Shown here piece after piece: positions 26,870 through 37,119 of a DNA stretch of 64,000 nt. The notes beneath the pieces are model-generated. The model saw only the letters and a list, made by a program, of their open reading frames with translations, did not search any database and was not told the origin of the DNA. The position numbers were made by a program, and so were the translations under genes. Origin of the DNA: Selaginella moellendorffii (lineage: Eukaryota; Plantae; Lycopodiophyta); contig NW_003314288.1 in the NCBI RefSeq assembly GCF_000143415.4, positions 1,240,056 through 1,304,055 of the forward strand, written 5' to 3'. Numbering within the stretch: the stretch's first letter is position 1; each line of letters starts with the position of its first letter.

Positions 26870-29800
26870 CGGACAAGTTCAGCATTGGGGAGTCCACAGC
26901 TCATGAGATTGTCATGGACACTATTGTGGTGATTGTCAAGTGTCTCAGGTACAAGATTCATTTTCCTTCAACTGCAAGGAGGTTCGAGCTGTTGCTACTG
27001 GCTTTCAACAAGTGACAGGTACATTTTCTAATGTTTTTTGGATTGTTATAAGTTTTGATGACCAATAGGAACCCGACTGCCTAATGTTGCTGGGGCAATC
27101 GACTGTACTCCAAGATCATCCGACCTACTAGACTGGACAGTGAGAGCTACTACGACAGGAAGCAGCGGTACTTGGTCATCTTGCAAGGGGTTTGTGATGC
27201 CCAGAAGAGTTCCTCAGTGTCTACGCTGGGTGGCCAGGTATGTTTCTTTGTGTGTTGTGGATAGTTCTAAAATGTTCTTTTTGCTTTCAGGACGCGTCCA
27301 TGACATGATGGTGTTTCGTAATTCTACCCTCAGGAACAAGATTGTAGCAAGGGAGCTGCTGACATCGCCCGTGGTGTTAGCATATGATGATAGGATTAAG
27401 CCATACCTAGTGGGGGACAAAGGGTACCAACTCCAGCAGCATCTGATGATTCCACACACAAGTAAGTCTTCTTCATTCTACATTCTTTTGTTCACTTGTT
27501 TTGGTTGTTGCTAAGCTCCGAACCCGACACCATCCAAGGCAGATTTCAACCTTCATCACCACCTTGCTCAGATTGTTATTGAGCAAGCATTTGGACTTCT
27601 TAAAATGAAGTTCAGATGCTTGGATCAAAAACAAAGGATCCAGCCAAAGTACCTTCCCAACATCATCAAGAGTTGTTGCATCTTGCACAATTTCTTGATT
27701 GATGTTGGGGAGACTGATCTTCGGGTGGAGATCCAAGCTTGGAGGAAAGAGGTGAAAAGGCTCAAGGCCCAGGACCTCTTTGTCGATTACGGTGATCCCG
27801 AGCAAGCAGAAGGGGAGCCTCGTGAGAGAGGATGCGAAAGAGGTTAGAGAGAACCTCACGTTTTCCCTCTGTCTTTGCCAGTGGCGTTCGTGTTTGCTTT
27901 GAAATTTGCCAGGATATAATTCTAAACATTTGAATTTGAACTTCAAATTTCAAATTTTGAATTAAGTGAATTTTAAGTGTTCGAATGCATTGTTTTTAAG
28001 TGTGAATCCGTCAATCTAAGACATGTGCGAATGCAAAAGTCCTTATAAGTTTACTTTGCAACACAAATTTTTTCAATGTGCAAACCCAACTTTCTTAATT
28101 TTTAAAGTGGGTCGCTTAAGTTTTTTTTCACTAAATAAATGTGCGAATTGGTCCTTTCTCAACATAAAAGATAATGTTTTGCCAAGCTTACCACAACCAC
28201 GGGCAACCTTGATTGCCAATGATGTTGTCCTTGGCTGTTGTATCTATAACCATACAGCTAGGGCCAAAGTTACACCTCCAATGGCCCATAGCAAGCACAG
28301 CCATGGTGGCACAAGGTCTCGGCCATGGCTAGCAGTACCTTAGACATGGCATTGCCATCTACTAGAGGAGCTAGAGGAGAGCTGTTGTAGGAGGAGTGCT
28401 AGAGGAGTTGGAGGAGAGCTGTTGTAGGAGGAGTGCTAGAGGAGTTGGAGGAGAGCTGTTGCAGGAGAAGTGCTGGAGGAGTTGGAGAGCTGCTATAGGA
28501 GGAGTGCTGGAGGAGCTGGAGGAGACTCAATGCACAAAGGGTTTTGGAGGAACTAGAGGGTGAGAAAGAACGATTTGATGAAAATAAAAAAAAACTGAAA
28601 AATCCAAGAGTAGGATTGGCAAAAGTACAATGTGGAAGAGAGTTGTTGCAGGAGGAGCACTAGAGGACATAGAGGAGAGTTGCTACAGGAAGAGTGTTGG
28701 AGGGAGGAGATATGCTGCATTGGAGGAAAGTAAGAGCCACTAGAGGAGTTGGGCACTAGAGGAAAATAAGAGTTGCTAGGTGGAGAGTTGGGCATTATAC
28801 ACAATACCATCTACACTAACTAACCCTAACCGAACTCAAATAGATATAATTTTCTGCATTAACAATGATATTGTCAATTTCTACATAAATAAAAAAATTA
28901 TATGATGTACTTATTTTAATACATTTTTTATTCATATATAATTTAGAATTTTAGTACTTCTTGTTTATCTCTCAAAGAGTTCAACTCATGTTTTTTTTTA
29001 TCAATTTTATTCTTCGTATAGCAAGCTTAAAGCAAATAGTGAAGAATATAAGGAAGAAGTCCTACACTCTTGCAATACTAAAATCTTGCAAACTTTCCTT
29101 TGAGAACATTATTACTAGTCAAAAAATTCACTTTTTTTTAGTGTCTTTATAACATGTCCATAAACAGAAAACAAGGAACTTTTTACTTGCTCCTCATAGT
29201 AGAGTATCACAGTGATAGAAGAAGTTTGAGCTTCTTCTCCATGCAATGGGCAACAATATAATCAAGTGGCTGTAGTGATTGATACAAAAGTTCTCCTGGA
29301 TCTTGCTTGTGAGGCTGGCGTGGCTAAGACACTGATAAAGGTAAGTTATGCAAAGATTTAATAAGGTTTTGCTGGATTGTCCTTACTGGGCTTACAGTTA
29401 GATCATGGGTGATCAGGAGCTCACAGTTTTGCACAAGATTTGATCAAACATGTTTCTTGCTTGAGCTATCCTTGATCTGCCATGGGTGATGATCAATGCA
29501 TTCACAAAAGGTGCCGGAATGAAATCTAACAGCTTAAGCACTTTTGAAAGACACCCATTCTAGGCATTTGCAGTGATCATTGCATTCCAAGAGACCAAGG
29601 TCCTCTTGCTCAAAACTTCCTGCTATGCTTATGATCACATTTCCAAGATTGAGCTCCATGTTTCTAGAATTCTTCAATGAATCGTCACTTCTTTCTCATA
29701 CTGCACAGGTCACAAATCACCCAAGAAATCACCTCATGGAGGCTGCAACACTCAATAGTTCTAGGACTGGCAGACAAGCCATGTCTCATGGACAGCCACT

Positions 29801-30068
29801 GCTCCTTACGTGGGAATGTGCATGTTATAGAGGTTTGTGATGCGGGTGCACATTATAGAGGTTGCATGATGCAGGTCTTTGGTGGTGGAATTAACTTGAG
29901 GAGTCTTGTGCTACAGATAAGAAACCACTAGTGTTTATGATGGATGAGTTTGAAGCTGCTTTCCATTTATGTTTTGCCCCTCACTATGACGTGAAGAATG
30001 CTCACACCAAACTTTGACATTTTCAGCAAGGGAAAATGAAACTTGGGGACTATATTGAGAAGCTGACT
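26870..30068. repeat. Right arm of ~3-kb inverted duplication (pairs with 17234-20287)
   Basis: Reverse-complement match from GGACAAGTT (26870/20287) to AGCTGACT (30068/17234). Confidence 0.92.
29245..29860 (-). pseudogene. Decayed PPR fragment (mirror of 17450-18060)
   Basis: Reverse complement of the left-arm PPR relic. Confidence 0.65.
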
Positions 30069-31145
30069 GCCCTTTCACCTTGGTCACACTGGTGGGTTAA
30101 CACCACCTGCATCAAAGTCCCGTCTCTCAAGACTGAGCCATCCATCCATGAGTGATCATCCCAGATCCACTCCTTAGCATCTTTAGGATGCCCATAGACA
30201 TGGGGAATATCGTTCTCCAAAATAATTTTTCTGGTCCCCACTAAGTCCCTTTTTTGTCTATGGCCATTTTCATTAACATTGCTATTGGATCAATGCCCAC
30301 AGGCCCGACCACTAAGTCCCACGGTCCTCTAAGATTTCCTTGCCACATGATTGTGTCCTTGGTCACTACACCAGAGGATTGCTCCTCTTCCTTTCCACAG
30401 TTTGGGACTTGGGACAACAATTCAGAACACCGTGGCCCTATGCGAGCCTCGTGGGTACTCTCTCTGCCTTCCGCCTTTGGGTGCTTTAGCCATGGGCTTA
30501 GAGCGAGGTTCCATTGAGCCACGCCAGGTATCCAAGTAGGTAGTGCCACTCACACTTGGACTAGGAGCATCGACCATTTAATCTCCTGAGGGAACTATAG
30601 TCGGCTCTTGAACACTTCACCGAACTACCCCGTTTGTCAGTCCGTATTCACTCTAGCCTTGGACATCCCAGTGGTCATCCCATCACCCAATAGCTAGGTC
30701 TAGCCTTTTTGGGCTAAACTAGCCTTTCCTGGCCAAACTTGCTCTACTGGGGTCCAAGCCCCACACTCTCCCTACTATACTTTTGGAACTCCCTACAGCC
30801 CCCCCACCCACCCCCCGGAGGACGATTGTTTTAGGCTTTCACCTAATAGCCTGTATTATGTAAGCAACCAAAGGGGATGACTCGAGAGATGATCCATGGG
30901 GTTCAAATATAAAGGGAAACGGCCCATGAATAAGAGTGCACCCCCTTTTCTAATTGGTTAAGGGTCTTGGGATACTTGGGATTAAATGTCTTTGGGTTTG
31001 AATAATACTAGGTTGGGTTTGGGTGACCTCTCAGGAAGTCCAAATTCAGAAGCTGACATATTAGTATTCGGACCCAAACCTGGACCCGGACCCGGTCCCA
31101 GTCCCGGTTTTGGTCTCCATCTTGGGTCCATCTCGGATTCTTCCA
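30069..31145 (-). mobile_element. LTR-like repeat fragment homologous to 35776-36890
   Basis: Its reverse complement aligns with 36130-36890 (GTATAGTAGGG...AGGAAAGGCTAGT...GGGATGATCA.TCATGGATGGATGG). GGACCC/GGTCCC arrays at 31065-31140. Confidence 0.65.
30859..31058 (+). mobile_element. Cassandra solo LTR
   Basis: TGTAAGCAACC...GCTGACA, homologous to 14256-14451. TSD TATTA on both sides. Confidence 0.85.
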
Positions 31146-31149
31146 CATG

Positions 31150-31308
31150 TCATGTGTTGGTCCTCTTGTGTCTTTTTTCTAGAGACTCACTTATTGCTTG
31201 TTTTGTGCTTGTTCCTCGAGTACTTCATTGGGAGTTCCACTCCCGCTCTCGACTTTTCAAGTCAGAGCTTTTGGCTCTATTTTAGGGCTTAAGGATTTGT
31301 GTTTCACA
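31150..31308 (+). repeat. Terminal fragment of the LARD-like LTR
   Basis: Reverse complement of ~7816-7980. Confidence 0.7.
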
Positions 31309-32583
31309 ATGAAGTGGTCTTATTGCAAGCTCAGATGGAAGCACCTTTCTCATTAGTGGATGGGATTCTTTATTACAATGGCCATGTGTATTTGCCACGA
31401 GTGGATACATTAATTACTCAGGTTTTATTCCACTATCATGATTGTCCAGAGGTCAGTGATTTTAGGGGGAAAGAGAAATATGAGTTGATTAAGCACAACT
31501 TCTATTGGAGGAATATAAAGGCTGATATCCTCAAGTACTGTAAGTTATATGAGCTCTATCAGCGGGTAAAGGTGCCACGAGAGAAGCCGGGGATGCTTTA
31601 TTTCGTTAAAGTGGGACTTTTCAATATCCCACTTATGGTGTGTGGCCACATGCCATTTTTATAACAACAATAAAAAATTGAAGTTTTAACTTTATAATTT
31701 ATAAATTAAAAACTTTTCATATGATTTTGTGTTATAATATTGTGAAATATAAAAAAATAAATTAAAAAACTGATAGAAATATTAATAAATATTAATTAAG
31801 TACTAAGAAATGGCATGTGGACACATGCTAATTAATGTCCCACTTTACTGAATAAGTCCCACTTTAATGAAATAAAGCATGGGGGGACTTTTGCAACCTT
31901 TATTTATTCTTTAGAGCTATTGGTGTAGTATCTTTATGGACTTTATCACTTGTTTGCCACAAACATAAAGGCAAAAGGAGCAAGTATGGGTTATAATGGA
32001 TTTTTTTACGAAGTATGTGCAGTTGTTGGCTCTTCAAAACAGTGTCACTGCCTTAAACTTGATTACGGTCTACTTGGAGAAGGTTTTTCTTGATTTTGGT
32101 TTGCCGGAGGACATTGTTAACAATTGAGATTCAAAATTCACTAGTGGATTTTGGAAAAGCGTTGCAAACGCTATGCAAGTGACTCTGAAACTCTCGAGTG
32201 GAGATCATCCTCAGACAAATGGGCAAATTGAGCGTGTGAATCAGATGGTGGAGGATATGCTACGATATAACATTGGTCAAAGGTAGGGATAGTGGGATTT
32301 ATATTTTCCATTGGTGCAATTTGCCTACAACAATAGCCAACACAGTGGAACCAAGTTAAATCTTTACTTTGCCATATTTGGAAGGCATGCTCAAGCAGCA
32401 ATGGAGTTGGAATTGCATTTGAGTAAGGATGTTCAAGAAAAGCTTGATTCAGAGGTGATTGATCTAGCCATGAAACTTGATGAGATTCTGATAGTGTGCA
32501 AATGGAATTTGCAAGTAGCTCAGGATAGAGCGGAGAAGTTTGCTCATGAGTATCGCCAATTCCGGGAATATAAGGTGGGTGAT
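31309..32583 (+). mobile_element. Decayed gypsy integrase (family of 21922-26834)
   Basis: ORFs 31299-31664 and 32311-32604 match the integrase of the complete element. Confidence 0.88.
31593..31880. mobile_element. MITE-like non-autonomous DNA transposon (288 bp)
   Basis: 27-bp TIRs ATGCTTTATTTCRTTAAAGTGGGACTT (26/27 match) around an AT-rich core. It interrupts the integrase at a G run. Confidence 0.85.
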
Positions 32584-32641
32584 TGTGAGACACAAAATCC
32601 CTAGGCCCCAAAGTGGAGCCAGAAGGGTGCCACATGGTAGT
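32584..32641 (-). repeat. Terminus of another LARD-family LTR, interrupted by the LTR at 32642
   Basis: TGTGAGACACAAAATCCCTAGGCCCC matches 7816-7870. Confidence 0.7.
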
Positions 32642-33098
32642 TGTCAGGAATCCCCCAATTCTTGCCACATTCTTGACTCTCGCCGGATTCCTGACCTGCA
32701 AACCACATTCCTGACTCTCGAGACACTTCCCTATTCCTGACTCTCGAGACACTTCCCGATTCCTGACTCTCGAGCCACATTCCTGATGATGATGTGGCGC
32801 CTCCTCGACCTCAGCTATATTTAGGCCGTCCTCGATTCAAGAGTGGTGGAGCTTCATCAACCTATAATATATATAGGTTAGCCTTGTTCCATTTCTCCAC
32901 AATCTGAATCAACACCAGTTTAAGGCCTTTTCTTTGTTTTCACTAACTTTTTCTCTTTGTCTTTAGCATTTTCCAGTCTTGATCTTGTTGGGGGTCTTGA
33001 CAGTTTGATTCAGATTGTGGTTTTTGCTTTTCTTTTAGCTCGCTTTGATTGTTTGATTACCTTTGGCTTTTTTCCCCTTTTTTTCTTTCTTCTTGCCA

Positions 33099-34070
33099 AT
33101 GGAGTCTCCAAGCCATCTTGATTTCTTTGCTGAAGTCCTTGCAAAAATCCAGTCTGAGAATACCGAGCTGAAGGCGACCCTTCTTTGCATGCAGCAGGAG
33201 CTTGCTTCACTTTTGGCTCAAGGATCCAGCAAAGTTCCTGAACCGAAGGTGAGCTTCCCGGCGAAATTTTCAGGCAAGCGTTCGGAGCTTCGCGGATTCC
33301 TGAACCAGATGGAGTTGATCTTCGCACTTCAACATCGGCGGTACCCTACTCCCGAGTCTCAAATCGGCGCGATTGGGACGTTGCTTGAAGGTGCATCTTT
33401 GTCATGGTTTTCTTCTCTTTTGGAGAAGAGCATGAAAGGGGTCGTGGTTCCAGAACTGATGGATCTTCAATTGTTCAAAGAGAAGCTCGAAGCATGTTTT
33501 GGCGAGACGGATCGGGTTCGGGCTGCTACCACAAAGATGAGACGTCTCTCTCAGGGGTCTCGTCCTGCCTCGATCTACGCTGCAGAGTTCCAACTCCTTG
33601 CTTTGGACACTCAGTGGGATGAGCGGGCTCTGATTGACCAATTTCGTTTCGGCCTCAACAACGGTGTCAAGGATTTGTTGCTCACCATGGAGGATCCCAA
33701 AGACTTGTCGGATGCCACCAACAAAGTTGTTCGATGTGACAATCGTCTCTTTGAACGTCGTCAGGAAAGTCGCTGCGCCGCTGTTTTTCCGTCCCAGATT
33801 CAGGAATCCCAGCTTGAGTCTTCGGGGCATACTCCTGAACCTACTGCTCCAGTTCCGATGGATATTTCTGGTACTCCCCGACTCATTAGAGGGAAGTTGA
33901 GTCCTGTTGAGAAGCAACGTCGAATATCTCATAATCTTTGCCTCTATTGTGCTGATCCTAATCACAAAGCAGCTGTATGTCCCAAGAAGCCTCCTTGACT
34001 TCTCGAGTTCACTCTGCCTCAAAGTCCACCTCTATTGCAGTCGGGAAACAACCCTGTCCAAACAGAGTAG
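33099..34070 (+). pseudogene. gag (sushi/PEG10-like) with a probable premature TGA at 33996-33998
   Basis: The frame stays open after the TGA through Q-S-G-N (G GGA AAC) to TAG at 34068-34070. Confidence 0.75.
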
Positions 34071-35777
34071 GAGCTGTCTGTTTGGACTCCCCATATAAAA
34101 ATCACTTTTCTTCTTTATCAAGCTCCTCACCACCTTTCATCAAAGCCACCACCAATTCCCGCAACTTCCGCGTCCCATGTCTCCTTTCTTTCACCGGACA
34201 ATCTGGTCTCAAGGCTCTGGCATTACTGGACTCGGGTGCAACTTCCTGCTTCATGGACACGGACTTTGCTGCCCGACATCACGTTCCTCTTTCTCCTACC
34301 ATACGGGATTTGAGGGTTGAAGGCATCGGCGGGCATTTTGTGTCTCCATCTTCTGGACTTAGGGAAACGTTGCCCGTTCGAGTACACATCGGGTCCACCG
34401 TCACCGATATCGCCTTCAACATCATCAACAGCAAGTCCTCCTCTGTGGTGCTCGGTCTTCCTTGGTTCCAACTACATCAGCCTCAAATCTGTTGGAAGGA
34501 ATTACAGCTCATCTCTCCCACGGCTTCCCCTACTATTCATCGAGTCCGAATCAGGAAAAGTTCCCTAAACTCAAATCGGGGTTCTGTTCCTGACTCTATA
34601 AAGTTTTCACCCTCTTCTTTTTCCTCTCTTCCATCTTACACTGGACCGTATCCTCGTCTCATCATTCCATTTAGTCGTATGCCTCCTCCTATCTCCACAA
34701 TCACTATGAAAGAACTCCTTCATGAAGAACCTCTTTTTCTTTTTGCTTTGCATGTTTTTCCTGTCAGTCTTCCTGAGAAGTATCATGATTTTGGGGATGT
34801 GTTTGACAAGAAAAAAGCTAGTGTACTGCCTGTTCATCGGCCTTATGATTGTCCCATTGATTTACAGGAAGGAGCGTCACCTCCGTGGGGGCCTATCTAT
34901 GGGTTATCCCCGTCTGAGCTTAAGGCCCTCAAAGAGTACGTGGATGAGAACCTTGCCTCGGGCTACATTCAGCATTCGCAGTCCCCGGCTGGAGCGCCTG
35001 TCTTCTTTGTCAAGAAGAAGGATGGGAGCTTGCGGCTAGTCATTGACTACCGAGGTTTGAACAAGGTGATTGTTCGGAACCGTTATCCGCTGCCCCTGAT
35101 CTCGGACCTGTTGGAACGTCTCGGCGGTGCCCGCTTCTTCACCAAGATCGACCTCCGTGGAGCATACAACCTGATCCGGATCCGGCCTGGTGATGAATGG
35201 AAGACTGCGTTCCGAACCCGCTATGGCCACTTCGAGTACACTGTCATGCCATTTGGCTTGACAAATGCTCCAGCAGTTTTCCAACACATGGCGAACGACA
35301 TCTTTCGGGAGTTTCTTGATCAGATGGTGATCGTCTACCTCGATGACATCCTCATCTACTCAAAAACTCAGGAGGAGCATGACGAACATGTACGCAAGGT
35401 GCTAGCGAAGCTGCGAGAACACGGCCTATACGCGAAGCTTGAGAAATGTTCCTTTGATCAGCAGTCTGTGGAGTTCCTTGGGTACATTGTCACTCCTGAG
35501 GGTATCATGATGGATCCTGCCAAAGTCAAGACTATTCTCGAATGGGAGCCTCCACAATCAATGTCGGACGTTCAGGTTTTCCTTGGCTTCGCCAACTTCT
35601 ACCGCAAATTCATTGCTCACTACTCTGACATTGTCCTTCCTCTTACACATCTCACTCGCAAGGATGTTCCCTTCTCTTGGTCTGCTGCTGCCCAGTAGGC
35701 CTTCGACACACTCAAGGCGGCCTTCAGTTCTGCTCCTGTCTTGATCCATGCTGATTCCTCACAACCTTTCTTCATGA
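33977..35777 (+). pseudogene. pol (PR-RT, start of RNase H) in the -1 frame; stop at 35696-35698, then truncated
   Basis: 573-aa ORF. Homology continues past the stop (AFDTLKAAFSSAPVL). Confidence 0.85.
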
Positions 35778-36890
35778 GATGGAGTCCGAGATGAGTTTGA
35801 GATGGAGTCCGAAATGGACCTGAGATGGAGTCCAAGATGGACTTGAAATGGAGTCTAAAATGGAGTCCTAGATAGACCCAAGATGAAGTCTGAGATGGAA
35901 TCTGAGAAGGACCCGAGATAGAGTCCGAGATGGAGTCTGAAAAGGATCCAAGATAGAGTCTGAGAGGGACCTAAGATGGAGTCCGAGGTCAAGACCGAGA
36001 ACGAGATTGAGACCGAGATTGAGACCGAGACCGAGATTGAGACCGAGACCAAGACTGAGACCAAGACCAAGACTGAGACCGAGACCGAGTCTAAATCTAA
36101 GTCCAAGTTCGAGTCCGAGTTTGAGTCTGAGGGTGAAAGCCCAAAGCATTCGTCTCCCAGACCCTAAGGGGCTTGGTAAGCTCTAAAAGTATAGTAGGGG
36201 GAAGACTCTAGTGGAGCCAATTTAGCTAGGAAAGGCTAGTGTGACCAAGAAAGGTTATACCTATTTGTTGAGTGATGATATAACCACTAAGGAGTCAAAT
36301 GGTAGAATGAATACGAACAAACAAGCGGGGTAATTTGGTGAATTGTTCAAGAGTCAGATTTAACTTCCCCAGGAGATCAAACAGTCAATGCTCCCAATCC
36401 AAATGTGGGTGGTATTACCTATTTGGATACCTAGCATGGCTCATTGAAACTTCACTCTAGCCACATCGCTAGAGCACCTAAAGGCAAAAGGTGGGGAGAG
36501 TATTTATAAGGTTTATATAGGGTTGTAGTGTTTTGAAATGTTGCCTCAAAGTCCCAGAGTGTGGAAAAGAAGAGGAATAATCCTCTAGTGTAGTGACTAA
36601 AGATATGGTCATATGGTGAGGAATTCCCAGAGGACAGTGGGATTTAATGGTCAGGCCTTTGGGCCTTGATCCAGTGGTGGTGTTAGCAAGCACAACCATA
36701 AATAAAGAGGGACTTGGTGGGGACAAAAGAAGGGATATTAAGGAAGGGTATTCTTTATGTCTTTGAGCACTTTAAGGGTGTTAAAGTGTGGTTAAGGGAT
36801 GATCATTCATGGATGGATGGCCCAGTTTTTGGGAAACGGGATTGTGATGTAGGTAGTGTTAGACCACCAATGTGATAAAAGTGAATGGGT
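35776..36890 (+). mobile_element. LTR-like repeat with GAGATGGAGTCC / GAGACC arrays (35776-36130)
   Basis: Periodic 12-mer and 6-mer arrays, then GGGTGAAAGCCCAAAGC. Homologous to 30069-31145. Confidence 0.65.
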
Positions 36891-37119
36891 ATGGATTTAG
36901 TGTAATATGTTGATTTATTAGTGATACCTTTGAGTGTCAATTATGGGATCGGACATGTGGAGCACTTGGACCAAGTGCAAAACTTGAGTGGCATAAATGT
37001 CATTCTCAGGGCCAACAAATCCTTAAGTTTGGAATAAAATTTATGGAGGTTGTGAGTGAGATTCTTCCATGTGGTTGAAAGTGTGGTTATGTGACTAAAG
37101 TAAAATAAAAAATTTAGTC

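Larger units (their letters stand above)
21677..27847 (+). pseudogene. Intron-containing PIF/Harbinger (HARBI1-like, DDE_Tnp_4) transposase split by a gypsy insertion
   Basis: The N-terminal part NFRMEKRTFFTICGML...DVRLGVT|LYKL joins across the TSD. It continues DKFSIGESTAHEIV, then the catalytic motifs GAIDCT, GDKGY and IEQAFGLLK, and CCILHNF. GT-AG introns near 27019, 27238 and 27462. Confidence 0.8.
32642..35777 (+). mobile_element. Tcn1/Tf1-sushi-like chromoviral Ty3/gypsy element, 3'-truncated at the start of RNase H
   Basis: 5' LTR 32642-33002 (TGTCAGGA...TCTTGACA). gag has PEPKVSFPAKFSG, LSQGSRPASIYAAEF and CLYCADPNHKAAVC. pol has LLDSGAT, HRPYDCPIDL, SPAGAPVFFVKKKDGSLRLVIDYRGLN and YLDD. 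Confidence 0.88.

Noticed and set aside
28815-28832. Telomere-like TAACCCTAACC (mirror at ~18510)
   Set aside because: Under two units; could be chance.
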